A stretch of 48,593 bases of DNA, filler included, from Bipalium vagum (Eukaryota): NCBI GenBank assembly GCA_037834085.1. It is 2 parts of 2 records of this genome, joined end to end, with 100 filler letters (N's around TTAATTAATTAA, not from the genome) between each part and the next. Parts side by side here need not be neighbours in the genome. Positions count along the whole stretch, not along the records: positions 1 to 31,611 come from JBBMKC010250260.1; 1 more part is not named here. One strand, 5' to 3'. Within the stretch, counting starts at the first letter, position 1. Every line of letters starts with the position of its first letter. Shown here piece after piece: positions 1 through 13,900 of this stretch. The position numbers were made by a program, and so were the translations under genes. The notes beneath the pieces are model-generated. The model had not been told where the DNA came from. It searched no databases and saw only the letters and a list, made by a program, of their open reading frames with translations.

Positions 1-50
<50 letters not shown>
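1..50. repeat. (TAT)n trinucleotide microsatellite at contig start
   Basis: About 16 perfect TAT units. Confidence 0.97.
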
Positions 51-53
<3 letters not shown>

Positions 54-424
54 TCATATTTAATTTTATAAATATTTGAAAATTAATTAATTAATATTAT
101 AATATATATAATTAAAATTAAATTTGTTATAATCTGAATGAAAAGGAATATCAAATCACATTAATATATAGAACCATGATTTTTTAAACTAATTCCAATA
201 GTATTTTTTAGAAAATAAATTTAAATATTATGTTATGTATTAGAAAAATTAAAAATAATGATAATATAAATTAAAGTAAAATCTTACTATACTGAATATA
301 ATGAAATACAACTGTCATCTTCTATTACTAAACTTTAAAAATAATAAAAAATAATTTAAAAATATTTTTGTGAAAATAGCCGAATTTTTTTTGTTATTTT
401 GCCCTCAAATTTTTTTGTTTATTA

Positions 425-1698
425 TTAGGTATACAGCTATGACTACGGCTTTTTTTAATTGATAATAAAATTTTGTTTGCATACATATCTAAATTATATT
501 GAATTGATTTATAAACAAAAATATCATATAATTAATAATATCAAGAGACAGTTGTTTTAATATTCCTTGTTTAAATGTTATAGCGATTCAAATGTCAATA
601 TTCATCCCAAATAACCGATATTTGCGGGAAGTGATTCTAAATTACTTTATTGCCAAGAAAACTGCAGCGGAAAGATATCACTTGCTTCGAGATACCTATG
701 GAGAACATGCTCCTTCGATGACCACATGTAAAGATTGGTTTTGCAGTTTTAGAAATGGCCAATATGATACGAATGACAAGGAGCATGAGAAGCCACAGAA
801 ACAATGTGAAGATAGAAATTTGAGAAGGCTGTTGGACGAAGACCCATGTCAAACACAATCTGATCTGGCTGTCGCATTAAATGTGACTCAACAATGCATT
901 TCAAAACGTCTGGCAGCTTTAGGAATTATTCGAAAATTAGGAATTTGGATCCCACATGAATTGACAGACAGATGCATTTAACGGCGAAAAAAATTTGTGA
1001 TGACAATCTTCAGAGACAAAAAGGAAAAGTTTTTTGCATCGAATTATCACAGGAGACGAAAAATGAATTCGTTATGACAGTCCAAAACTCAAAGAAGCTT
1101 ATGTGATGCCAGGTGAACCTGGTCCATCAACACCGAAACAAAATTCCCACGGTTTGAAAGTTATGTTGTGTATCTGGTGGGATCAGAAAGGAGTGATCTA
1201 TTATGAATTTTTAAAATCTTCTCAAACACTAACTGGTGAACTTTATCGATCACAATTAATTTATTTGAAGCAAGCTTTGGATGAAAAACGACCGGAATGG
1301 GTGACTAGACACGAAAAGATAATTTTACAGCATGATAACGCAAGACCACACGTTAATTCAATTGTAAATAATTACTTAGAAGGTACAAAGTGAGAAGTCT
1401 TGCCTCACTCGCCCTATTCACCAGACATCGCTCCTTCGGATTACCATTTGTTCCGCTCTTTGCAATCAGCACTTTCCGGAGAGTGATTCAGTTCTCTTGA
1501 AGACTTCCAAAATTGGATTGACAGCTGGATCTCATCAAAAGAGCCAGTTTTTCTTTCATGGAATTCATTCATTACCTGAAAGATGGGCAAAGGTTGTAGC
1601 TTTCAATGGAACATATTTTCAATAAGTGTTTTTAAATAAAATTTGTAATTGTCTTTGTTTTCTTATAAAAAAAGCCGGAGTCATAGTTGTACACCTAA
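425..1698 (+). mobile_element. Full-length (1274 bp) mariner DNA transposon, Mos1/mauritiana-like, inactivated
   Basis: Left TIR TTAGGTATACAGCTATGACTACGGCTTTTTT matches the reverse complement of the right end (AAAAAAGCCGGAGTCATAGTTGTACACCTAA) with 3 mismatches. TA duplications at 423-424 and 1699-1700. Length is typical of mariner. Confidence 0.95.
592..1625 (+). pseudogene. Mariner DD34D transposase pseudogene
   Basis: N-terminus MSIFIPNNRYLREVILNYFIAKKTAAE resembles Mos1. Motifs WIPHELT, TGDEK, LCIWWDQKG, HDNARPH and YSPDIAPSDYHLFRS, with 34 residues between D2 and D3; ends GTYFQ*. Broken by stops (979-981, ~1064, 1391-1393, ~1484) and frameshifts. Confidence 0.93.
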
Positions 1699-2748
1699 TA
1701 ATAAAATGTTTTATAAATAATAAATATTCCTAATAAAACAGAAATATTAATTTCGAAACTAAAACAATTTAATAAAATACTTAATAAATAAACCTATTTT
1801 TGGTAATGTAATGTTATTAAAAACAAAAAAATTAGAGAAATTTCCTCGTAAAAATGAGACATAAATTTATGTAAAAGAATATTTACCATAAAAATTATAA
1901 AGTAAACTCTAATTAATTTCTTAAGTAAAAGGAAAATTAATTAAATTTGGAGACATTAATTTGGTAAATAAATATTGACAAAATATTTATAAGAAAATCA
2001 ATTAATCAGAAAAAAAACTTAAAATCTTTTTTAAAAAGTAAAAGAAGTAATGTAACTTTTTATTAATTTTTTAAAGAAAATGCAATTCTGCAAAATTGAA
2101 ATGGTTTTAGTGTTCATAGCTAGATAATTAATGGAGCTTGTTTTAATCAATCATTAAGGAAAATAACTATAAAGGGTTTTAATTGTCTTTTTATGCTCTA
2201 ATAAGATGATGTTTTACTTCCTTAGTGTACGTTAAACATACCATTTGTAAATTAATTAATAATTTAAATTATATTTTTTATTAAATTATATTTAATAATT
2301 TTCTAATGTCAATGTCAAGAATTTTATAGAATTCCGGAAAACCTTTTTCTTATAAACTCTGGGTCCTTGTCCTCTAATTTAATAGCTTCTGCTTTATAAT
2401 TCTAAATAGTAATCTTTACATAGTAATTTAGATATCTAATTTATTATTTTCGAAAAATAAATAAATAAAATAATTAACTTTTCATATTACCGAACTGAAA
2501 ATTTTGTAAATTTCTCATGACATATGTTATCATTTATATTTAAGGGGACAAGCTACTCAAGGGATCACTTGTTAATTTTTTGACTTTCATAATTTTTGAC
2601 TTTCATTATCTTGCTTAAAAGTAATTACGCAGTATGAGCCAGAATATTTTATCCAAAATGGTGTTAGTTTATCATAATCGATCACATTAATTTATCCAAT
2701 TAAACACGATAATAAAATAATTATATTAACAAGCATTATTAATAATTA

Positions 2749-4600
2749 TTAGGTGTGTGAATTAATTTCCTCAATCCGAAGAAGACTGGCACTATTTAAG
2801 AATGCCTGGTAGTATGTAAAAAATATTCTTTAAAATGTGATTAATTGTACAGTGAAACCTATCAAAGCTGAAAATGGAAGGGACAAAAAAATTTTATTTT
2901 TGACAACTTTCAGGAATAGAGAGTAACAAAAAAAACTGTTTACTACTTATTTTATTAAATGAAAAAAAATAAATCAAGACATCAGAATAATTAATTAAAT
3001 ATTTATTTACGAACAAAGAAGTCTTCAAATTTAGTTTATCGTTTTAATACTAATTTTTTCGGCAAATCATCGTAGATTTGAAGATATCACTGTTCAAGGA
3101 TATCCAACATACCATAGTTGCCATTTATTGTTGTGTAAGCTTTTAGCATTTTGTAAGATGAAATGAAATTAGTTAGCATTTTAATTTCTTTTTCAATGGT
3201 AATCTTTTTGTCGGAATATTGTTCTAGAGGAACGGCTGCTCAATATCTACAATGTAAATTTCTATAAAAATATGATTATCAATATTTGCAAAATCAACAG
3301 CTTCTAACATCTAAGTCTAAATATTAGGATTCAATAAATAACGATTGCAGATCTTTCATGTTATCTTTCTAAATATTTAATTCACATTCTTTGGAAACTC
3401 AGACTACTCGAAAACATTTTCAACACAACTTGTATGTATTTCTTTAAAAGCCATGATTAATAAAAGCTATTTTTCATGACCCACAGATGTCTTAATATTA
3501 ATTAACATCACGTGAAATTGGTAGTTTTTAATATCACTGTAATAGCTGATTTTTTATATTGGTTTAATTTTTATCATTCAGTTTTTTGTGTTGGTAATTT
3601 ACAATTTTTCTGTTTAAAATAAATTTTGTAAGCTGGGAAAATATAAATCAGTTGTTTTAATTATTCAATTTTATTTAAAATTAATAAATCTGAAAAGCAC
3701 TTAATTGTAAAGTGTAAGTTTTTACGTGGCTCAACAGCTTTGCAGACTGCCAGAAACATTATTATTACATTTGGCACCAATGTTATTATTATAATACTAA
3801 GCAGACAAAAAATGTGTTCACCAAATTTCTTAAGATACTTTGGTCTCACAAATTAACCGCGTGCTGACTTAGAATCAAAGGTTCATAATGACGAATTAAA
3901 GATCACCGTTGAGAGTCTCAGAGCGGTTATAAACTGTCAGGAAAGTTTGGTGTAAAAAAGGAAACAATAAATCATTTAGCTCCAAAAGAAATTGAGAAAA
4001 AGTTTGATAAATGTGTTCCAAACAAACCTTATGAAAACAGTAACAAAACATTTGCAAGCTTGTTGATGTCCCTTTCTTGTCACAAATCTAATCCATTTTT
4101 GAATCAAATTTTCAATTGTGACAAAAAATGGATCAGATATGATAATCGCAGAAGTTCAGTAAAATGGTGGACAAGGATGAACTACAAAGACACAACCCGA
4201 AGCGTAATTTTTATCAAAAGCAGTTGTTGGTTAGTTTGATAATTTAACATAGGTTTGATTCATTAAAAATTCATGAAAACTGAGTTTATTGATCACATCA
4301 GAAAAAAACTGTTAAAAAATGGACAAATTCTGCTAAACCTTAGAGAATACTAGATTGTTCAATAGATAAAATCTTATCCTATTGCATGATAACTCTGGAA
4401 TTCACACTGAACAAATTATTTTAAAAAAACTTCAGGAATTAGAATAAAAACTTCTTAATTACAATCCCGTACTCACCAGACATATTCCCCATTCACTATC
4501 ATTTCTGCAATTCGGGAAGATTTTTATTAGGAAAACCATTCAATTTCGACAATGAATTCTCAATGATGTAAAACTGGCCTTCCAGGAATTCATTTGCTTT
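2749..4600 (+). mobile_element. Degenerate mariner remnant(s), interrupted by a pogo-like insertion
   Basis: TA-TTAGGTGTGTGA TIR-like start at 2749. Transposase relics at 3830-4600: TCDKKWIRYDNRR, LLHDNSGIH, PYSPDIFPIHYHF. Whether the TIR and the body belong to one copy is uncertain. Confidence 0.65.
2850..3600 (-). mobile_element. pogo/Tigger-like DNA transposon remnant
   Basis: TA-CAGTGAAACCT terminus typical of pogo/Tigger elements, followed by weak, degraded transposase-like sequence on the minus strand. Confidence 0.4.
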
Positions 4601-4929
4601 ATATATAATACCAATATCTGAGTAATCAGTAGTACATTAAAATCCGCTTAATTTGATCACGGTTAATGTTATCAAAAAAAACAAGTCCACATTTTTTTAA
4701 TTTGATCACTACTATTGCATTAATAAGACAAAATATCTGAAGAAGTATTAGTGAATTCATTTCTTTAGGTTATATAATTTTAAAAAGGAGTATAATTTTA
4801 AGACCGTACGTATAAATCAGAATCAGCGCATCCTATAAAATGATTCTCAACATATTAAAAAAACTTGCGCAAATAATTTATTTCTGTCAGATGCGTGTTC
4901 TATGATTATAAAATAATTTTTATCTTTAG

Positions 4930-7900
4930 GTCCGACGAGAAAAGGTTTGCCTGGAACACAATTTTGAAACTAACGAACTCGGGTACAATAATATAATGCA
5001 AAGGCTAGTGAGACGTTATCTTTTCAAATTGGAGAGACAAAAGGATTTTGACGGTGGTTAGTGTTTCTTTTTATTTTTCTTAATTTTATCAGGTTGTATG
5101 AAAAGCAATGTCTTTTTTTGGGATAATATTTTTGTTGAATATTTATCGACACAATCTTTAGGTTAATGAAATAGGCTTTGCGTATTTAATTGAAATACAA
5201 TTAAAATTATTAGTAAGTTTAGCTTTACCACTCTAAATTGATTATTGATTATTATACCTAGATTTGAAATGACCATGAATTCTGAGAAGGCAAGTCTTTT
5301 AAAAACCAAGACGAGGTGGAAAATGCCTTTCTCGAATTCATTAATTCCAAAAATCAGATATTGAAATGCTAGTGGAACATTGGCTTAAGGTTTTAGAAGC
5401 AGATGGTGACTATTTCAATGAATAATTTTCATTATATGACTTAATTATTTTTGTGTGTTAATTAAACCGAAATTACTTTTTACACAACCTGATACGATCA
5501 TATTTATATAATACTCCAAATTTAGATTAATACTTGCAGAAAACAGAAATATTTCCTCCAGAATTATCAAATAAACTTAATGTCAATTTCAAGGAAAAAA
5601 ATACTTTGGCTTACATTTCTTTTGATAAATTAAATAGCGTTTAGTTTTACCTTCTCAACATGAAATTTTAAATTAATTTTTACAACGATGATAATTATTA
5701 CTTTAATAACTAATAATTTATTAATAATTAATAACTGGTATTAATTTATATTTTTGAAAATTTAACGTTATTGTTTATTTTAGAATTTTACAAATGATAG
5801 TTTTTCATCACAGAAACGCTACGGGGAGATTAAAATTTTTGTTTTAATATTTTAATTCGATCTGATAAAAATTCAATTTCTTTTTGTACTTTAATTTTCA
5901 AAATGTACTTTAAAATATTTGGTTTTTAAATTAAAAATAATTTTTAGTAAAATTTAATGACTGAATATCATTTTATGATTTATTTTTTATCAGATCTGGT
6001 TGATCTAGTGTCATAATTTTAAAGTATATTTAGAATTTTTAATAAGTTATTTATTAAATTTAGTAAAATGAAAATAATAAAACCTATTAAATTATAATTA
6101 ATAATTATTAGAAAACCGACATTCTTTTAGGCTCACTTTACTTTGTAAATATATTTTGAAAGATATATGCAGAAAGAGATTGAGAAAGAACAAACTATAA
6201 TTCTGAAGAAAAAATATGAAATATCTTCATTTTTCTATTAATAATTTTATTGAATTTGAAATCCAAAGAAATGTGTCATAACGAGTGATAGCTAGAAATC
6301 TGGACTAACAGACAGTAATTTTTTTAAATAAAATTATAACTCACGTAAAACTTTACTCTAATAACAATATATTTTCATTTATGTACAGGGAGTAAAGATC
6401 ATAGTCGGCTACATGTTTCAACTCTATTCTTAATCTTCTTCAATTCTCTTGTATGTACTTTGTGTCTTTTTTCAAAGAAAATTTGTATTCCTTTTTTTAA
6501 TAGTTCAATGTTTTTTGCTGTCCAGTTATTTTTATATACAAGAGATTTTAGAATGCCAAAGAAATCTTCTGTTGGACGAAATTGTGGAACATATGTAGGA
6601 TTGCGATCTTTAGACAGAAAGGGTATCTCTTTGATTTTAAAGACTTAAGACACTTTGGCTTTGTCTGGTTCAAAAGATAAAGTTTCCAACAGAATGATGA
6701 ATTTCAGAAAAAGAATTACAATCTTACACAAACATTCCTTATATATTTTATAATTGATTTCTAAACCTGCGACTTTGAACCATAGATTCAAAGCACATTT
6801 CTCAGAAATGACAATGTACAACATAAGTTTCTTTTTATATTTTTTATTTGAAATGTTCTGAAAATTAAATAAATGGTAAATATTGCTACTCGCTCTATCT
6901 TAAGCTGTTCTACCGTATACTTTAACTTCATTGATTTTTTGATTTCATAAAATTTGTCATGTTTTGTTGTAAAATACTTAATTAAAACCATTTGTATTAT
7001 AAATAATATTTAATCACCATAGAAACGGTAAAATATGGTTTTAAACTTTCTTTAAAAAAATTTTTTTAAATGTTGCATTTGAAATCATTAAGAATTATTT
7101 AATTATAATTGAAAAAATTTTGATAAAATTAATTTTATGAAATTTTTATATACATTTCCTAAAAACGAATTAATTTTTTTATTAATTTTAATAGTAAGTC
7201 ATTAATAGGACAGTCTTTTTTGACATTTTAAATAGTAATTAATAATAAGAATAATTAGAATTTATTAAACATAACAATAATACAATAATTAATTATATCA
7301 GGAGCAAAGGTTCTATCTTTATCTAAAAGTTCCTATCTTTATCTTACTAAGTATGTATCCCATGGAAATGGTGACTATTGTGAAATAAATTTCGAAAATA
7401 TTGGCGTATTTAAAAAAATATTTCAAAGCAATGTCGGTAATTCTTCTTAGACATAACTTGATTAAAAAATATATTATTGCAATACTTTGGATGTTCTGAA
7501 TGTTGTCATTTAAGTTGAATAAAATTATAAAAAAATTACAGTAGTTTAAATATTATTATGTATAATAATATTTTTAATTTATTTGATTCTCTGTGATAAT
7601 ATTTTTAATTTTAATAAGAATTTTAATGAAAATAAAAGGTTTATTTTTTTACCAATTAATATTAAATATCAATAAGGTTATTTAAGTGTTTCACTTTTTC
7701 GTCTTTCCCAAACAATTGATTTGTTCTTCGAGCGGGTTTAGCACACGTGAGCCACACTTACACTTATATTAATTTCAATTTTTGTTAAAAAAATCTAAAA
7801 ATTAGATCTTTAATATTAAAACTAAAAATTGTTAACTAAAATATTTATTATTTTAAAATATATATTAAGCGCTTTAAAATGAATATTTAAACAATCTTCA

Positions 7901-10900
7901 TGAAAGTTATTATTTTTTAAAAAGTATTGACAATTTTAATCAAATATTTACATAAAAAATTTAATAAATATTAAATAAATTACAAATATTCTTCCGGTGT
8001 TTAGTAAAAGTTAAATTTTGTCATTTTGTTTAAAGAATAATTCTTATTTTACAAAATTATTTCTTCTTAAGTTAAAAAACAAAACATCTTGTGTTTGACG
8101 ACTTTCCCATAAATTACATTTAAGGGATTTAAAAATTTTAAAAATTCATCTTTATAAAAATTCCTATAGCGGACCACCAAGCTGTTAAAATTAATTTTTC
8201 CCATTAATATTTGGCTTTGCAGTAATGGTAGGACTTTGAAAAAGTGAAAATAATTACCTTTTACTATTGTATTTGTCGTATATAACTCATTTATCGTCAC
8301 CAGTTATCAAAAGATTCAGAACGTCTGCAATTTTTATTTTGGAAATGAGTATTTTGCATTTTGAAAAAAAGAAACAAAAACTAATAACGCTTCAGAAATC
8401 AACTTTCTGTTATATTTTAAAAGAAAGATCGATAAATAATATCATTAAACGGTCATTATTTAAAGAAGACTCAATAATGTTGGCTTATACGAAGGTGGGT
8501 TGAAAAGATCAGTGAATAATAAATAACGCAATGCCATAAAGAAACGCAGAAAGAAAATAATATTATATTTGAAGGATTAAGTCCAATGCCAATCAAGAGC
8601 GACCTTGATGCAACATTAAATGAATATTCACCCACATTAAAAACGTTTTACAAATGGGTTGCCGAATTTGATCGTGGTGGTGTGAGCATTAAAGATGCAC
8701 CACAATCTGGTAGATCAAAAAAGCAACTTCAATGAAATGGTTTTAAATATCCAAGAAATCATGTTGACAGACCGTAAATTTAAAAATTCATATATTAATA
8801 ATTTATTTAGTTATTTTTTATCAAATTCTTTATAGCCAATTTCAAAAATTCCAATTCCTATTGAAAAAAAAATTTTCTTCTAATTGTAACACTTGCAAAA
8901 TTGAATTTGATAATAACAAAAAACTTATTGACTAAGAATTTTGGTCGTTGAAGGTGGTTAGGTGAAAATGATTGATGAACAAAGTAAACAAGAATAATTT
9001 AGAGGAAGTCGTCCAATTTGGATTGCTTGAAAAAGAAATTGTCCCAATAATTTGAAAATTTATATCCAATTATCCCTAATTTTAAGAAAACATCTTCGAT
9101 AACTTATTTATCTGGTTTGGAAATTATTATGAAAAAAATTTTTTTTCTTTCACATTATATTATATTTTAAAAAATGAGAAAAAATATTTTATTTCTCACA
9201 ATATTAAAGACATTATTTTAATTTATAAATGTTCCAAGAGAATTATAACATTTTGAAATACTTTATGAAACAAAATAGGTTGATATAAATCGATTTATTA
9301 AGACAAAACGAAGGACAGTATTCCCATTAGGAGTGATGACATGTTCGGTCAAAGTCCCGAAATAGTTACATCAGGACAACGAGACTCACCGAAAACTGTA
9401 CAATTTGCAGGTGATGTTATTTTTTAAAATTATATGAAATAATAAATATATTATTTTTAGAAGTTTTCATTATTTTATATACTATAAAGAGTGTCCACAA
9501 TGAAAGTGGTCGTTATAAAAGAAAGATAAAAACCACATGACAAAGAGTACTTTTATAAAACTATATTTATTTTAAACAAATTAATACAGAAAACATATTC
9601 TTTTGATATTTAACAAAATATTTTATCCCCGATTAAATCGGGGAGCTTTTCTTTTTACTCCTCCTATCAACTTCTGCACAGTCATTCTAGTTACCTTGTC
9701 TATTGATTTCTTCCACTTTCGTTTAAAGTCTGCTTCATTATCTGTAGCAGCCTGGGTGTTATTTAAGTTTAATTTTACAATTGCCTAGTATTTTTCTATT
9801 GGTTGGAGTTCTAAGCAGTTATGAGAGCTGGTTTGAAAGAGGAAAAAACTTCAAAGTATTAGTTTTTTATACCATTCTAATTTATCTTTAGCAAAATGAT
9901 AAATTGGAAGATCGGGCAGAACAGAATAAGACAATCATGCTTATTAATAAAAGACAGTAGACATTTTTGAAGGTACTTTGGTGTAAATCTATTGATTCAT
10001 TGTTCCAGTTTTGATGATTATTTACTTTTTTACCATATGTACAAATGGCTTGCCACATTTGGTATCTCTTTGGGAATTTTTAGACCTTTTAATTCTTAAT
10101 CTTACACTAATTACGTCCTTAGCCTAACTTGGCATTTGCTTGAAGTCTCCTTTAATGTAAGTCTCATTGTCCATAATAGCACAATCAACTTTGGTAAGAA
10201 AATTTTCATAAACTTTCTCGAATGAGCTTTAGCAATTTTATTCATCACGACCAGGAGCAACAATGACATTGTAAGACTTGAAACCTCTATTCTGCTTCAC
10301 TGTTTGGATGTATGATTAAGATGTTTTAAATTTTTATGCAACATCATATACTGAAAGTTGGGGATTTTATTATTATTATTTTAAAAATATTATTTTATTT
10401 ATTTTAAAAATGACCGGTATTATTTTATAAATTATTTAAACAAAGTTTTCATGAATAAAATTTTTGACAAGAAATGTTACATAAAGCTTCATACTCACAA
10501 TAAAAGAATTCATCAGACTATGAAATAATTAGTGCATATGGCTTATTTTTGTTTTTTTATCTTTCTACCATTTCATAAACTAAAAATATGTTATAACTTA
10601 AAATAGCGAATCAGTTTTTATAATGTAAAAGAATTTTGATGAATTATTAAAGATAATAAATTATTAACTTCGAACGACGCTCAATCATCATTGCAATAAA
10701 ATTAATTTTGCATAACCGTCTTTTGTCCAAAATGATATAAGAGTTTCATCTTAAGTTTTTTTAACATATAAATATATTAACACAAATTTTTTTATTCAAA
10801 TCAATTTATCTCTTCAAAGGTAATATTATAACAATTATGTATCACACTCAATTTCATATTATATAAAATAAATATTTATGAAAAATTCTAAAATTTTATA

Positions 10901-13900
10901 CTTAATTTCACAAGTTACATGTTACGTAATTATGTTTTGTTGGATACTTTTTATAACTCTGACGTCTTTTCAATGTGTAGTAAAGAAGAACTAACTGGCG
11001 ACTGGACCGAAAATGTACATGTTATAACCAGAAGCATGAAAAAAATTAGTCATGAATGCTTTACCAAAAAACGCATAGGAAATTTTTGGATTTCAAATCA
11101 AACGATATAACGTCAGAAACTCTACTGAAGCCGAAAGATTGTTGAAAAATATTGAGGAATTGCTCAGTATAAATGACTTATGTCTGGTCGGCGTATTTGA
11201 TATGTTATTATCCTTTGAGGTCTCAACCTTATGGAAGAGTTTCTAGAAGAGCTAACAAAAAAGAAGAAGCAAAGTCGTGGTTTACTGACACATTTATGGA
11301 AAGAAACCAATAACCGATTTAATTTGCGAATTGTCAGAAGTTCGACAAAATTCGGATTAACAATTTGCAACTTTTGAGATTCGTATTTGGAATTTAATGA
11401 ATGACATTTTTAAAACTGGATTGTCTCAAGAAGAGATCATTATCGAATTTTTAACAAAACGAGCTAAAAGTACTTGACCTCGAGATGATTTTATTTCGAA
11501 ATCGAACGCCAAAGTCGAAGATATCAGAGCTATAGTCAAACTATATAAAACATGGGAATCAAAAATGGATCAGAAGAAAGAATTTCAAGTCAAGTTCATG
11601 AAACAAAGAAGCTATGCAAAAACAGTTCAAAGAAATTTTCTAAAAGAATTTCAGCGGAAACGTGCTGATACATTTGCATACAATCTAGTGTCCAGTCTAG
11701 ATTGGACATCTGCTCCTATAATTAAAGAAGCACAGAATATCGAAGAGATGACGGATTTAGAAAGACAACAAAGATGAGAAGATAAACCAACATATTCAGA
11801 GTAACGAGAAGCTCCACAATTCTCTACCAAGCATAAAGCTAGATGATTTTACAACAGATGTAAAGGTTTTCCAGTATCACGAGATGAATATCTGCGGGCG
11901 AATCAATTTTTTTGTTGCGGTGGTGACGATTATGTGCGAATACATTGTCTACTGAAAAAAATATGTCTGATTTGTGGAAAGGATGGGCACCTTTTCGTTC
12001 ATACCAGATATTTAATTCAAATGCGAGAATTCCAAGAAGATCCGTGCTGTGCATTCATGATGAAGTAAAAGATGATTCATGAAAACAAGACAACTCTTAT
12101 GAATCAGATGAAGAAAAAATCCAAGCCGACCCTATTGCTCACATTTAGTCTGTGGAGTTGAACCATTAAGATTATCACAAAATCTGAATGTGCCAGATGC
12201 TGAGATGTTCGAGACACCGGATGGCAGACAGTGGAGTTGGATGAAGATAAGAAGCATGAAGATCGAAATTTTGTAGGATTCCGGAGCCTAAGTTACTGTG
12301 ATGAACTAAAATTGTTGGAACAGACTTTGGAATCCACGTTTAGTTGAAAGAAAATGTTGTTGAGTGGCGTATTTTCGTCAGGAGGAGAAAGACCACTTGG
12401 ATCTCTTGGAAGGGAAAGGAGATCAAAGTTGATATTATTGTCTTGAAGAAGCTGCAGCCCAACTTTATTGGAGATGTCGACATTATGAAGAATTTTGGAA
12501 TTCAACTGTGTGTGATAAATAATATTGAGTCACCAGACTTCATTAAGAAAATATCTGATATAGATAGGGAAAATCAAGTAATGATAGCATTCAATCATCA
12601 AACCAGTATATCATTGCCTAAAATGTTATTACAATATGAGAAAATATTCATGACCATTCATTTGATATTGGGTACACCAGATTATTTAAACATGGCATAA
12701 TCATCACCGGCCCACCTATTGCACAGGCACCACGAAGACAAGCAATGCATCTTGAGATAGTTAAGAAACTTTTGATGCCGGTGTCATTTCCAAATGCAAA
12801 AGTGCATGGAACGGAAATAAGGATGGATCTGCACGAATTTGTGTGGATTTCTTAAGTGTAAACGTTATAATAGAAAAATACACGTTCCCGATGCCAAACA
12901 TGCAAATGCTGCTGAATTGCTTGGTTGATTCAAAATATTTTTCGTCAGTAGATCTGGGCCAAGTCAGGTGGATAATGCTAAATCAATTACATTATGTTTT
13001 TTTAATAGATACTTTTTATAACTCTGACATCCTTTCAATGTGTAGCAAAGAAGAACAAACTTCACATTTCACCATTTTCTTTTATTTTAATTTTTTTTAT
13101 AAATAAATAATTAATAAAATGCTTTGCTAATTAAACTAAATTTTAATATTAATTTTAAAAAAGTAATTTTTAACACCTAATTAATCATTTAACAATTAAA
13201 ATTATAAATAAAATAATTTAATGTTTTCTAAATTAAAACTTTTATTATCACATAACTAATTTAAATTAATTCTTTCTTTGTTTGAATTTTTGTTTCAATT
13301 TTATTGATTTTTATTCAAATTTTTAGTATCAATTTAAAAATATAGTTTATCAAAATCTTTTATCGGTTTCGATTTAGAAAAGGTGAAAAAAATTTCCGAT
13401 GATCAACGAATGAAGAAAGCCAGTCAAAAGCACTGGTCAAAAGTAGAGAGAAGATAGTGGCCCATTTCGAGGCAGTTTGGCTTCAAAGAACAAGTATTAG
13501 ACCCACAGATCAAAAATTTTCAGCAATTAATCAAGTCAAGAGACAAGACAAGGATTATTGAAAATTCCTTCAAGAAGCCGTGAAACAATTCAATTTACCA
13601 ACGCATATCTTGCATTCAGCAGGATTATTAGTTAATGAAAGTTGTCTATCAACTACAGGGTTCCAATGTCAATTTTGCGAAATTAGAACAAGTACAAATT
13701 CCGGGTTGTACCAGTATATCCGAACAAAGCACACTAAATGTATCCTCCCAGATTGGTTTTCGGTTGTTGATCTAACAAGATCAATAAAAGGAAAAATACC
13801 CAGAGTTGTCGCTTTTACGGAATCCAGAGCGAAAACCTAAGAAGAAGCGAGAATACAGCAAGTGGGATATTTGCTGAAGAACAAAGAATATGAAGAAATC

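Noticed and set aside
9279-9302. Alternative TAG acceptor for TRPC exon 2
   Set aside because: In the required phase it gives an immediate TGA, so the AAG acceptor at 9302 was preferred.
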